From: Flaccisagitta enflata
Lineage: Eukaryota
Direction: 5' to 3'
Length of the DNA stretch: 64,000 bases
Assembly (NCBI GenBank): GCA_965153355.1
Contig: OZ231126.1
Coordinates: 35,774,001-35,838,000 of the forward strand
Below the pieces are notes generated by a model that did not search any database, was not told where the DNA came from, and worked only from the letters and a program-made list of their open reading frames with translations. Of the stretch, positions 28,160 to 41,899 are shown piece after piece (position 1 is the first letter of the stretch; each line of letters starts with the position of its first letter). The position numbers were made by a program, and so were the translations under genes.

Positions 28160-30275
28160 GCAGGGTTGTGTGACATACATTGGAAAATACAGGGCTGTGT
28201 GACATACAATGGAACAAACTAGGTGGTGTGATATACATCAAAGAATACAGGGCTGTGTGACATACAATGAAGAAAAACTGGGTGGTGTGACATACATAGG
28301 AGAATTCTGGACTGTGCATACTGGAATTCATAAGCTGCCGCTTTTTTTCTATTTGATTTTACCATCATAACAGTCTCTTATGCTTAATTATAAGGAAACT
28401 ACATGCTTAAACATTGAAAATTAGTGAGAAATTGAGGAAGGGAGTTGTTGTCTCTTGGTTTTTGCCTTTCCGCTTAAGCTTTAGAAAAAACAAGGCCAGA
28501 TACAAGGCTACCAAAATCGCGTGCGAGTGGGCAGGGGCCATATTTGAGGTCACCAGACCATTTGGGCAGGAGCAGTGAGGTCAAAGAAATAAAATCATAA
28601 AAAAAAGTAGTGTGACCAACCGACCGACCAACCAACTGACCGACCAACCGGCGGACAAAGCGGGTTGTAGAGTCGCGTGCACGCGACTAAAAGTTCAAAA
28701 GTTTTATTTTTTTCAAAATTATTGAAAGGTGTAGGGTAATACCCCTTTTTAGGCTTTGGCAGCGGCACTCTTCTTTATACATGTGACATACATTGGAAAA
28801 AACTGGGTGGTGTGACATACTAATAATGCTAAGATAGTGACATACTAATAATGCTAAGATAGACTTAGTTATTTTGACTACTAGGGATAGTTGTGATGGG
28901 TCCGAATTAAACACCAGTGAGAGCTTCAAAGGCTCTCATCCTTAAGTAAAGTGGGGTTGAGTAGTAATGTTGTCCAACTTTCATATATTTCAGTACCATG
29001 GTATAGAATGCCGGCGATCCCATATGGTTGATTCTCGATTCTTGCCTGTAATGGTATGGTTTTTAACAACATTGCCTTTGATATCTAGATTATCCTTGGA
29101 TAGCTACATCATCATTGGGTAATTTGTTTGCTATAAATAATAGGGATATGTTGGCTACTGTGCGTCTTTTTATTTTGGGTTTACATGGAATGTTTGAGGG
29201 AATGGTCTCATTCAGTCGAAAGGGTTTTGATTTTAAGTTGTGGGTTGCATGAACCTTTTACAATGGGAAGATCAGATGGATGTGAGGGACTACGCGCCCA
29301 CAGTTCAGCACAATCATCTGGTACTCTTTCTTGTCACTGGTACTTGTAGCAAACAGGTTAAAATTATGGATCTTTTCTTTCTGGTTAGATTGTTGTCTTA
29401 AATTATTTCATGATAATGCTAAGATAGACTTAGTTATTTTGACTACTAGGGATAGTTGTGATGGGTCCGGATTAAACACCAGTGAGAGCTTCAAAGGCTC
29501 TCATCCTTAAGTAAAGTGGGGTTGAGTAGTAATGTTGTCCAACTTTCATACATCGGAGAATTCTGGGCTGTGTGACATACATCGGAAAAAACTTAGTGGT
29601 GTGACATACATTGGAGAATTCTGGACTGTGTGACGTATATCGGAAAAAACTGGGTGGTGTGACATTCATCAGAAAATTCTGGGCTATGTGACATACATCG
29701 GAAAAAACTAGGTGGTGTAACATAAATCACAGAATTCTGGGCTGTGTGGATAATTGGATAAAACTGGGTGGTGTGACATACATCGGAGAATTCTGGGCTG
29801 TGTGACATACATTGGAGAATTCTGGGCTCTGTGACATACATAGGAAAAAACTGGGTGGTGTGACATACATTGTAGAATTCTGGGCTGTGTGACATACATC
29901 GGAGAAAATTAGGTGGTGTGACATACATTGGAGAAAACTAGGTAGTGTGACATACATTGGAAAATTCTGGCTTGTGTGACATACATTGGAGATAACTGGG
30001 TGGTGTGACATACACTGGAGAATTCTGGGCTGTGTGACATACATTGGAGTTAACTAGGTGGTGTGACATTCATCGGAGAATTTTGGGCTGTGTGACATAC
30101 ATTGGAGTTAACTAGGTGGTGTGACATTCATCGGAGAATTTTGGGCTGTGTGACATACATCGGAGAAAACTGGGTAGTGTGACATACACTGGAGAATCCC
30201 GGGCTGTGTGACATACATCGGAGAAAACTGGGTGGTGTGACATACATCGGAGAATTCTGAGCTGTGTGACATACA
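28160..30275. repeat. 29-bp minisatellite with alternating variants, interrupted by insertions
   Basis: tgtgacatacatcggagaattctgggctg alternating with tgtgacatacattggaaaaaactgggtgg; main block 29547-30275. Confidence 0.9.
28848..29550 (+). mobile_element. Structured non-coding partial-tandem element, 565-bp-unit subfamily
   Basis: Period 565 (28861 vs 29426); ends ...aacttTCATA; inserted into the 29-bp minisatellite. Confidence 0.75.
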
Positions 30276-30427
30276 CATTTTGTTAGGGAGAAAACTCTGG
30301 AACTTTGGTGTTCCACTATCGTGGAACACAATAAGGCCCTGTCAAGCCAAGCCATCATATCACATGGGAGGCTGTATCCAGCCATTTGATGCTGTCCCCA
30401 ACCCTACCGAGTTATGACATGCCATGC

Positions 30428-30548
30428 CTGTAACGTTCTGCGTTCTCTCGACAGAGTATCTTCCGGGGCCAGGAGATCCAACGCCATCTTTCGTGGGATG
30501 TCTAGAAGTCATGGAAAAACCTTTTTTGTTCCTATCTCTGAAGCTCAT
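30428..30548 (-). CDS. Possible exon with a sperm-tail PG-rich (STPG/ODF3-type) repeat
   Basis: Translation KGFSMTSRHPTKDGVGSPGPGRYSVE resembles the FS(M/I)..R...PGPGxY repeat; no other exons or clean splice sites found. Confidence 0.35.
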
Positions 30549-31007
30549 ATTTGTCCAATGATTCTTTTTCGAAAAAAATAAGAAAATGAATAAAATAGTA
30601 GAAAAAAGAGAATTGGAAAAGACAAATAGACCTTTGCTAGTAACACATGTAACAATGCTACTGATCTAAAGTTTACACAAAGCTCAGAAGCCTCAGATCA
30701 TAATCTAGAAGCTGCAATTTGTCAGAACTTTTGATATCTGTAGCTCTAACGTAAGCACTGAATTTCACCAAACTTTGGGTGATAAAAATCAAGAAGCTAA
30801 TCTAGATTCTAACTATCTTGAACCTCAGCCCCATTTTTAGGATCATCCTGAGATAAGCTTGTGTTCAGGAGTCAGCAAGGAAAAAATACCAAAGTGGCGT
30901 AGTCAAAATGACTGTATAATGGCGCAACTTGAAAATAGAGAAAACTATGAAGATGATTACTGACATACATGTAATATTAATACATGGACGGCCGGACGAG
31001 CCTATAT

Positions 31008-31756
31008 CAGCTGAGTTTCCTACGATTCTAAGAAACGTAGGAATCTGGGTTAGAAAGCTTAGGATTCTAAGTTTCCTAACCAACTTTACAATGGGAAATA
31101 GAGTTTTTCTCATTTTAATCCAGAAAGTGCCCCTTCAATTTTTCCCATTTTTTGGGTGGTTACTAACAACGGGAAGACATCCTGATGCCATAGAATAATA
31201 GCGTCGCCACTCTACTCTAAGTTGGTGGAAAAAGTGAAAGAAAAATTTTAACCTAGGTTTCTTACGTTTCTAGGTTTTCTAAGAAGATTTTGCATAGGTT
31301 TCTTAGAATTCTAGGTTTTCCAAGATAAACAATGTCAGCGAAAATGAAAATCTTTTCTAACAAAAAAGTGAATCAACCAATGAAAGGAGCAACAGCTGTA
31401 CAAGGAAGAAAAAATTTCTATTCTTGCCTTTATTGTAAATCCTTGGAAATCTAGAATTCTAAGAAACATAAGCAACATTTTCCTAGAAAACCTAGAAACC
31501 TAAGAAACGTAGGTAGGATTTTTTCATTCACATTTTTTATCTATTTGCAGCGGAGTGGCGATGCTATTTTTTTATGGCATCTGGATGTTGTGCCATCATG
31601 GACAATCACCCAAGAAAGGAGAAAAATCAAAGCAGCGCTTTTTTGGTTATAATGAAAAGACTCACTTTCCCTTTGTAAAATCAGCTAGGAAACCTAGAAA
31701 TGTAAGCTTTCTAACCCAGAATCCTAGGTTTCTTAGAATCGTAGGATACCCAGCTG
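31008..31756. mobile_element. Near-palindromic MITE with CAGCTG termini
   Basis: cagctgagtttcctacgattctaagaaac / gtttcttagaatcgtaggatacccagctg; flanks TATAT / TATAA. Confidence 0.8.
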
Positions 31757-31787
31757 TATATAAGAGATAACTTTCTACAGCCCACGT

Positions 31788-31876
<89 letters not shown>

Positions 31877-32831
31877 ACTCTAAAGCGTCATTTGATGAAA
31901 CCCCCTCTCTTCTCGTCTCTTACTTCTTATCTTCTTCTTCAGACTCAACACCATCCTCTTTGTTTTCCCCACAGCAATCATCACTTTCAATTTCTTCTTC
32001 TTCTTCTTCTTCTTCTTCTTCTTCTTCTTCTTCTTCTTCTTCTTCTTCTTCTTCTTCTTTTTCTTCTTCTTCTTCTTCTCTTCTTCTTCTTTTTCGTCGA
32101 CTTCGACTTCGTCTTCGTCTTCTTTTTCTTCTTCTTCTTTTTCTTTTTCTTTTTCTTTTTCTTTTTCTTTTTCTTCCTCCTACTCTTCTTTTTAATTTCT
32201 TCCTCTTCGTTTTCTTTTCCTCTTTCTTCTTCTTCTTTTTCTCTTTAATCTTCTCTTCTTTCTTCCTCTTCTCTTTCTTTTTGTTCTCCTTCTCCTCCTC
32301 CTTCTCCTTCCTCCCCTTCTTCTTCTTCTCTTCTCTCTCATGCACACGTGTCGAAGATCCCCCTGCCTCCGATCATCTTCACACTCGACCACGTTGAACG
32401 ATGATCTTCCTCAACTTTATTCGATCCGCTTCACCTTTCAATTACGACCAGTCATTTTCGTCCGGTTCAAGCTTTTCTCCGCTAAAACATAAATCATAAC
32501 CGGCAGTAATTTAAGATGCTTACTTTTGCCTTTATGTTGGTAAGTTCTTGTTACCGCCCTATTTCAGTAAACTGCTAATGCGAATTGCTATGATGTATAC
32601 TTTAGTCACTACCTCATCGTAGTAAACTACCATGATCGTTAACTTCTCAACTGAATGATGTTTGGCCATTTACTTGATGGAAATCAAGGTTGACAAAAGC
32701 TAATGCACCGTTTCTTCTTTGTTCATTTTCCGTTAGGTCCACGCGTTTTATCGGATCGCCATCGGTTAAGATATGTTCAACTTGTCAGCGTAGTTGCCGT
32801 TGTTATTACGGCCTGCGTCCTTCATTAGTTA

Positions 32832-33405
32832 CAGTAGATGTCGTCTAGACTTGGAAATACGGGGGAATTCATTACAGGAAGACAAATTTACTTAAGAGAC
32901 TGATATTTGAAATATAGACTAATAAAAGTATGCTTTGTTGCCCATGGGTGTTGGTTGCTATGGAAACACATTTTTATGTATACACGCTAAAGTATCAATA
33001 TTTTGAGAAATTTTCTTCGGGAACATTGTTTAAAATAAAATTTGCCACAACTTTCTCACAATATGTTCTGTAAGAATATTGCTCGTTTAGCCGTTGCTAG
33101 GGAGCGTAACTATGTGTGACAGCCCTGTGATGCTCCCTAGCAACCGCCAAACCAGCGATATTCTTACAGAACATACTGTGGGAAAGTTGTAGCAAATTCT
33201 ATTTTGAACAATGTTCCCTCAAAAAATTTCTCAAAAAATTGATACTTTAGCATAAATACATGGAAATATGTTTCCATGGCAACCAACACCCATGGGCAAT
33301 AAAGCATCCTTTTATTAGTTTATATTCCAAATGTCACTCTTTTAACTTTATTTGTCTTCCTGTAATGAATTCCCCCAGATTTCCAAGTCTAGACGACATC
33401 TACTG
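32832..33405. mobile_element. Fully palindromic Tc1/pogo-type MITE
   Basis: CAGTAGATGTCGTCTAGACTTGG termini, TA TSD, arms of about 280 bp. Confidence 0.9.
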
Positions 33406-33472
33406 TACATCCTAGCTCAATAGCGCTAGAAAGACCAAGTCATTTAGACCAACACACAGTAAGACAAACATA

Positions 33473-33628
<156 letters not shown>

Positions 33629-34492
33629 GCCCGCTGATCAATCAAACTTTGGTTATTTTGATTATAAATAGTACAGCACATAAATAGTGCAGAGAAAAGG
33701 TTTTGAGGGGACCTGTTATTTCTGTCTCTCATATGTCATATCCGAATGTATTGAATTAAACTTCCATTTCTGACAAAGATCGATATTTTGGCTATTTAAA
33801 GAATTTAAAGACATCAGACCTGTACATCCTGCTTTCCTTCCGGGTAGCAGATATTTTTCCTGAAAATCTTCCGACTAGTCTTGATAGGCTTTCCTATGCC
33901 TTCCATGCTTTACTACGTATTTCTGCGCTTAACTAAGCCTATTTATGAGAAAAAAAAAGATAAACAACCAGTCCTTTTCAGACACTTTCCAAGGACAAAA
34001 AACAATGGCAAACAAAGGCAAAGTTTCAGTTTCAGTCCCTCTTTATGACTACATTCATATCTATATTAAAACTTTTACACTATGTCCGTCAGTCCATCCG
34101 TTGGTTGGTCGCTCACATTTTTACTTTTATGCCGTTCTTGACCGTTTTGAACTCACTGCTTCTGCCCAAATGCCTAAATGACATTTTCTATCACTGCCCC
34201 TGCCCACCCACACACAATAAGGGTAGCTGTGTTTCAGGCCTTGTTTTAATAAAGTTAAGAGTTTTCTAGTTTATCATATAATTGCTAAAAGAAAACCTAC
34301 TATGATTAAGGCATTGCTTTGTTTAATTCATAACGACAAGAAATACTTAATGAAAATGATAGTTTCCTTAAAAATGGTAGTGCGAAAATTCAAGAGGAAA
34401 ATTCTAAGACTTAAACAAATTGCAAAGATTGGTATCTTTCCAGACCATCGGGTTTCAAACTGTTTCAAAATGTTCGGAACTTTTACAGTCAT

Positions 34493-34568
<76 letters not shown>

Positions 34569-35476
34569 TTTTTCTTTTTCTTACCCTTCGCCTTCTCTTC
34601 CTTCCTTCCTTCCTTCCTTCCTTCCTTCCTTCCTTCCTTTCTCTTTCTTCCTTCCAAACCTCCCGAGAGGCATCCAGCTCTTCCGAGTAGCGGCGCTACT
34701 CGCTACTACAAGATGTACAGGTCTGAAAGACATACCAGCCTTAAAAAAATTGTAGGTTGGTGTACCTACCTTATGTCATATTGTCATGCAATACTTTTTG
34801 TCCGCATTTACTGCTTGGCTTTTGCTAGTTGTTGTCTCGGAACTTCGAAATATAATGAAAAGAAAACATATTGTTTTTACTCTTTTTTGAATTAACATTT
34901 GTTCGTTAGTACTAACGTTAGATTTCACAAGGCACTCTCCCATTTGTTTCAGTTTGGGTAAAGTGAGGGATACTGTTCCACTTGTCGTATGAACATGTAT
35001 GTATACTTTTTTTTTATATAAGAGACCAGTTTATAAGAGACATGAGCCTGAGATTTGCCGAAATTTTAAAAACAAAATAAGAGAATGCCCAGGCTGAGAT
35101 TCAGCTTCGGCCATTTTTGAAAACAATTTTATTTAAGTTTCTTATCTAAAAAATGAATTTGATTCAAATTTTTCACAAACATAGGTTGTTTATCTTTAAA
35201 AATAACTTCTTCTCTTAGTTTGCCTATGAAATCAGGCATTATATCAAAAAAAATATAACATTTATCAAGTTTAAGAAACAACTGCTATAAATAAGGTATT
35301 TTTATACAATCTAGACATTTATGAACATCAAACAAATTAAGAACACTTTAAGAGAAATTCAGGCTGAAAACAGACAAAAATTTAAGAACACCCAGGCTGA
35401 GTTCAAAAAAGCTGTCTCCTATAAAAAAAAAAGTGTAATGCATAATGGCACATTGCACGCACGTTCTTTCATTAAA

Positions 35477-35548
<72 letters not shown>

Positions 35549-35570
35549 GGTGTAGTTTTCATGGTTTTAG

Positions 35571-35623
<53 letters not shown>

Positions 35624-36034
35624 CTTGTCCTATTGTTATCGTTGTTGCTGTCGTTTTTGTTGCTACTTATATTGTTCTAATGTCTCTGTTACTGTTTTGT
35701 TGATACTATTTTTGTTGTTTTTTAAATTAGTTTTCCGCCTTAGAAGCGACGATATAACCCGCTACGTCGGTCGGTCGGCCGGTTGGTTGGTCCAACTGTC
35801 GTCCAGACCGTCACACTTTGCTTCTTTGATGTTCACGGGTTCGACACATTTATCTAATTTCGTCAAAAACATTGCTTTAAAACTTGTGTCAAGTTTAAGT
35901 TAAACTCGTGTCAAAAGTTAAAACGGGCAGTAGACATTGTTGTTCATTTGGATTTCCTGAAGTGCCAGAGCAAAGCGCCCTCTAATGATCAGGCCAATTT
36001 TCTTCATTCTTTGAAAAAAGATCATTAATCAATA

Positions 36035-36210
36035 CAGTCGGACCCCGCAATAACAGCCCCGCTTTTAAAGGTCCCCCATCAATAAAGGTCAACATTATAA
36101 GGTCCAAAATGACAGTTTCTAATGTGATTTCACCTCTCTTTAAAGGTGACCCTGAGATAAAGGTGTAAAAACTTCAGTCCCAATGGGACCGATGAGGCGG
36201 GGTCCTACTG
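36035..36210. mobile_element. 176-bp TA-flanked MITE (second copy inverted at 54877-55052)
   Basis: cagtMggaccccgc TIRs; the two copies are reverse complements. Confidence 0.85.
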
Positions 36211-36212
36211 TA

Positions 36213-37213
36213 CACTTTTTTTTTATGAGAACCATGTTTATAAGAACGTTAGGCTTAAAATCCTCATAAATTTAAGAATAAGCTAAGAACATTGGAAAGT
36301 TTCATTTTTTCAAAAATTTAAGAACTTTAGGCTTATAATACTCAATAATTTAAGAATTTGCTAAAAATATTAGAAAGTTTCAGTTCTTCAATAAAGATAG
36401 CCATTTTTGGTCTACGTTTATAAGAGGACCACACTTAGAAAACTACGGAATATCTTTTGCTTTTGACGCTGCTTGCTCCTACCGTCTATAATTTGACTCT
36501 TATTCTCGTTCATCTCTCGAGCCTTGAAATATTGATTTGATTGTTGATTTAGGGTTAGGGATTGGTAGGGGGTAGTTTAGGGGTAGGGGAAGGTGGGGAG
36601 TTAGGGGTAGGGTTGGGTTTAGGGTTAGGGGTCAGGTTAGATTTAAGGTAAGGGGTAGGGTTGGGTTTAGGGGTAGGGGAGATTTAGGGGTAAGAGGGGT
36701 TTAGGGATGGGGGTTGTTGGGGGATTAGGGGTAGGGGAAGGTGGGGAGATAGGGTTGGGTTTAGGGTTGGGTTTAGGGGAAATGTTGGGTTTAGGGGTAG
36801 GGGGGGTTTAGGGGTAGGGGTAGGAATGGTTGAATTTGTTGATTTTATTTCTTATATGTACCAGTGCACACTGTTTGGTGAAAAAAAACTGTTACAGACG
36901 CTAAAAAAAGTGTGGTCCTCTTGTAAACCTTTGCCTGATTTTTTTGTTGTTTTTATACAGCATGTTTCATTTTATTCTTATTATTTTTAACTTCACTTAA
37001 AACATTTACACCTGCTGCTTTGTCGTTATATTGATATCTTCCTTCATTTTCTCTCAGAAGACAAACTTAGATTAAGAACGTTCTTACTTAAAGGTTAAAA
37101 ACTGCTTTAGTATTAGGAACAATTTAAGAACGTTTAAGCTCTGAAACTGTTTAAAATTTAAGAATATTGAAGGCTTGCTCAAAAAGTGACGTTCTTTTAA
37201 GAAAAAAAAAGTG
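36213..37213. mobile_element. CACT(T)n-ended MITE family member (others 35004-35435, 40785-41099, 46181-46758)
   Basis: TA-cact(c)ttttt..ataag / cttat..aaaaa(g)agtg-TA termini in four related elements. Confidence 0.75.
36409..36935. mobile_element. Nested MITE with G-rich TTAGGG/GGTAGG core
   Basis: TIR gtttataagaggaccacac / gtgtggtcctcttgtaaac; telomere-like repeats at 36549-36825. Confidence 0.7.
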
Positions 37214-37491
37214 CATTTGCAAACATGAATGGCAGGCGGTTTTTTGCATCGCTGACCCAGCCCAACCGCACGCGGCAATGGGGATTGTCCTAGATTCCAT
37301 CACTGCCCCTGTCTCACCCATCACTTTCCGAGTATCTAGGGCTGTTTACCCGGCATTGGGCCATTGCTAATTCAATTTCATAACTTGAAGTCCACCATCT
37401 CACCATGCATGCGAAGTCTGGGCGTGTTCTTATGATACTCTCATTTTTGGCCAATTCATATCGAGAAAAAAGTCCAAGTTAGTTTTCAACC

Positions 37492-37904
37492 TTTTTAGTC
37501 GCGTGCACGCGACTCTACAACCCGCTTTGTCGGTCCGTCGGTCCGTCCGTCCGTCCGTCCGTCCGTCCGTCCGTCGGTCCATCCGTCGGTCCGTCCGTCA
37601 CACTTTACTTTTTTGTACTATAACGTCAACTCTTAGGTCATTTTAAGTCATTTTAAGTCATTTATAGTTATTCTAAGTCATTTTGAGTCAGTCTAAGTCA
37701 TTTTGAGTCATTTTGAGTCATTTTAAGTCATTTTAAGTCATTTTAAGTTATTTTAAGTTATTTTTGTTTTTTTGTTTTTTTAGTCATTTTAAGTCAATTT
37801 TGGTCATTTTAGGTCATTCTAAGTCATTGAAAGTCATTCTAAGTCATTCTAAGTCACTCTTTGTCTGTAAGTCTCGCACGCGACTTATAGGTGTTGGCCT
37901 TGTT
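37492..37904 (+). mobile_element. HINE-like element with short 10-bp (taagtcattt) array
   Basis: 5' tttttagtcgcgtgcacgcgact, 3' cgcacgcgacttataggtgttggccttgtt. Confidence 0.8.
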
Positions 37905-40900
37905 GATATAGTACAGAGAAACATGGTTTCCATTTTCTTATGTTTAAGTTGGGCAACTAAATCGACCAAGTGAGCCCTCAAACAAAATTGACCGGGTGGG
38001 TAAATTCAATAATTCTCTGTCATTTGGCGCCTAGCAGAATGCCCTACGACAAATATTTTTTTAGTTTTGATTTTTTTCAATCTTTTTTCACAAAACAAGG
38101 CCGGATACACGGCAATCCAGTCGCGGACGGTTGGGCAGGAGCAGAAATGCGAAAACCGCTCGGAATTCAAAAATGTTACGGACGGACCGACCGACACGGC
38201 AAGGTGTAGGGTCGCGTGTCCGCGACTAAAAATCTAGTTGATTTCTTTTTTAATTTTTCTCATTTGAAGTTGGATCTATAAAGGAGTACATTGATGTTTG
38301 TTTGAGCATCCAAATACAAGAATACATGTAAATGAGCATAGCTGCTCATCTGTGACGGTTCTTTTAAGTATTCTAGCTCATTTAGTTCAGTCTTTTTTCT
38401 GAATTTTAATGCGGTCAATAAAAAAATTGTTGATGCATGTCTGAACATGCAAATACAAGAACGCATGTGAATGAGAATAGCTAGTAGTTATCTATTTACC
38501 AGTAATGGCGGCTGTCGCCGTGAGGAAAAAAGTCGTAAAAATTGATCACTTTTTACGAAGTTTTTGTCTTCCATCCCCGCAAATTTTTTTAATTTGTTAG
38601 TTTTAATCAAGAGCAATTCATTTATCCCATAAAAAATGAAAAGACATCTATTCATTTATCCCATAGAAAATTAAAAGAAAAGACTGAGCTTAATGAGCTA
38701 AATGAGCTAAAATACTAAAAAACACCCACACAGATGCTCATAAACATGTTTTCTTGTATTTGCATGCTCAAACAAACGTTAATACACTTCTGTATTGATC
38801 CTATGTAAAATTCAAAAAACTCTTTAAAAATTCATGACTAAAAAAATTTTTGTCGAAGAGCATTCTGTTTGGCGTCAAATGAAAGAGAATTATCAAATTT
38901 ACTTTTCCAATCAATATCGTTCGAGGGTGCAAACAGTCGATCAAGATGCTCAACTTGATGATAAGAAAATGAAAACTATGTTTCTCTGGAATATGTCAAA
39001 AAGTCAAAGACTGACTTCGACTTTTTTCCCAACCAGTGAGAGTGATTTTGAGTATTTTAGCTTATCTAGCTTATCTAGCTCAGTTCATGTTTTAGTTGCA
39101 GACATGCAACTCTATAAGAGGCTTTGTCCATCCATCCATTGGTCCGTCAGTCCGTCCGTTAGCACGAGTCTAAAAGTGGGAAAACAAGCGTTTTAGAGGA
39201 TTTTTGTGTTTAAAGGGGGTTAGGTTAGGATGGGTTTTGGGTTAGGATGGGTTTTGGGTGTGGATGAGGGTTGACTGCCCCTGCCCACCCCTCCGCAACG
39301 ATATTGTGACTCCGCATCACTTGTTATCTGATCTTTTATGCAATCAATGTATACAATTGTAATCTGAAAATTTGATCTAAATAATAAAAAGATTTGCAGT
39401 GACTGAAGATAAAAACTTAATGCCCATGCTCACGACGACAGCCGCCATCACTAGTAAACATTGTTCTTAGACAAGATACGGAGTGTCGAGCGTTATACCA
39501 TGTACAGGATTAACAGGAAATGAAATTTTGGGTTTTCTCCCACTCTCGGTTTGTGGTCTCACAAACGGTTTTAGTTAGCCTCAAAAAAACAAGGCCAAGT
39601 GAAGGCCAATAAGTGCGCCTCGCTTGATTAAGATTTTGTGAATGAATGAATGAATGAATGAATGAATGAATGAATGAATGAATGAATGAATGAATGAATG
39701 AATGAATGTGGTGAGGCATGAAAGGTGATAGGAATGAAGAAATACGTCAAAATCAGCCGTTCTGCGCATTTCAAACGTTTGCGTGACCGACCGACCAACC
39801 GACCGACCGACCAACCGACGGACATGACCTCTTATAGAAGTGCGAGGACGCACTTAAAAATAACGCTCACCTAATGACATTTGATGACTTGTGATGACAA
39901 GTGAATCAACGAAAATGGGCATCAAAACTCATCCCCTGTGCTCCACAGGTCATCGAGCGCAAAGTAACTAGAAAACATAATTGCGCAATTTTGGTCTTTG
40001 AACATGATATTCTAGAAAGAATTGCGTCTATGTCAGTAAGCGAGGGCACCTTTGAAAGAAAAAGCAACGGAAAAGTAAGGACGAAAATAGAAAAATCCAT
40101 TTGTATTCCGAAAATGATACGGTAGCTCCTCCCCCTCCATCTCTTCTTTCTCCTCTTCTTCAAGAAACAAATGAAACATTCTTAAAAGCGTCACGGTCAG
40201 CGCCTCAGCAGTATCCGACGCCCCAATGTTCATTTTAGATTTTTTACCAATAGAAATCGTAGTGGGGGGGGGGTGTTATTCATCTATTGCCGGCCCCATT
40301 TGGCTTGTATAAAAATTGCTTTAAGAGGGCTTAAAAGGAGGTTGAATCAGGATCGTAAGGGCTTCAATTTAGGCTGAGTGATTCAGGGCTTTTAATTACT
40401 TTTTAGTCGCGGACACGCGACTCCACACCTTGCCGTGTCGGTCGGTCCGTTGGTCCGTCGGTCCGTCGGTCCGAAATATTTTTGAATCGAGATTGGTTTA
40501 CGCATTACTGCTCCTGCCCAACCATCCGCGACTGGATTGCCGTGTATCCAGCCTCGTTTTGTTTGAGGGTTGATTTAGGCTCTGAAATTAATGCTCAGGG
40601 ACTGAATTTAGGCCCAAGAATCTGGAGCCTGATGTGGTGGGAAGGGGGAATACAAAAAAGAAAAGATTGCCCCGTGTGAATTTCAGGATACCTTACCCTC
40701 CAGTGCACTGTGCTTTTTCGGCCCCTCCACGTAGTGTAATTCATCCACCTGTAACTGACCCTCTTATTCCACATAAATCACCTACACTCTTTTTGTTATA
40801 AGAACCTAGTTTGTGAGAACATCAAGGCTTTGAATAACCCCAAAATTAAGAACATCTTAAAAACATATGAAAGCTTCAAATCTTGAGAAAAAAATTCTGC

Positions 40901-41899
40901 TTATGATGATATTTAAAAAACATTAAGAAAACACTTAAATTTTAATGTGATTTTATAATTTCTAAGTAAATATCATGAAAATAGTTAATATAGTATTTGA
41001 AATTAATAACACTTTAAAAACGATGACGGTTTTTTTTGGCCTTGAAAATAAGAGCATGAAGCCCTTGAAAAAAAAAAGACGTTCTTAAAAAAAAGAGTGT
41101 ACACCGTGTTTTTTTATCCTCACAACGAATTGTATTCAATAGCCAGTCACTGGACTTCTAAATCCACCGAAACCACTCGAGGCACAGCGCTGGTGCCTAA
41201 AAAGGAAGTAGGGAACGGCGAGCGAGGCATAGAACACCGCGCCGAACAGCAATGAAAGGCGGACACCCCCCCCTCTGGATAGCCCCCCAAAGAAAAACCA
41301 AAAAACCCATTCTGGGGACCCCAAGAACTATCATCTAGGATGTCTTGGCTACACAAAACAACATCAGACTAAATCATTTGAAAGCAAAATTTGGGAAAAA
41401 GTCACTTTTTATGCAAAAATCAAGCATTTTTTGCCATATTTGGCACTTTCATGGTTCATACAGCTTCCAAAACTTTAGAAAATATCTAAAAAGTGTAAGA
41501 ATAGCTAATGTGTAACTGGTTTTACCTTTTCAAGCTAGTTTGGATGGATATTTCAAAGATTAGAGCAAAAAAAATCATTTTAAACCAGAAAATTGAGTTT
41601 TTTTCAGCATTCTTTTGCTTAAAATCATTCAAGCTACATCAATAAGCCTGTAAACTATAAAAAGTGTGTGGGAACAGTTGAAATACATATGGTTTTACCA
41701 TTTTAAGTTAGTTTGAAGAAATATCTAACTCTCAAAAGCTAAAAAATCTTTCATTAATTTATGAAATTAGATTTTTTTAATATTTCATAGATCTAATCTG
41801 ATTTCAAATATATTTAAAAATACAGAATATTGACATATATATAAGAATATATGTAATAGTGAAATGTATGTTTATGTACATTACTGTATGTAATTTATA

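Noticed and set aside
31786-32397. Ser/Leu/Phe-rich and Glu/Lys-rich ORFs
   Set aside because: (CT)n and (CTT)n low-complexity sequence.
32420-32820. Possible small minus-strand exons
   Set aside because: Short frames with stops and no recognisable product.
39949-40125. Possible plus-strand exon (VIERKVTRKHNCAILVFEHD...)
   Set aside because: Plausible acceptor and open frame, but no recognisable motif or partner exons.
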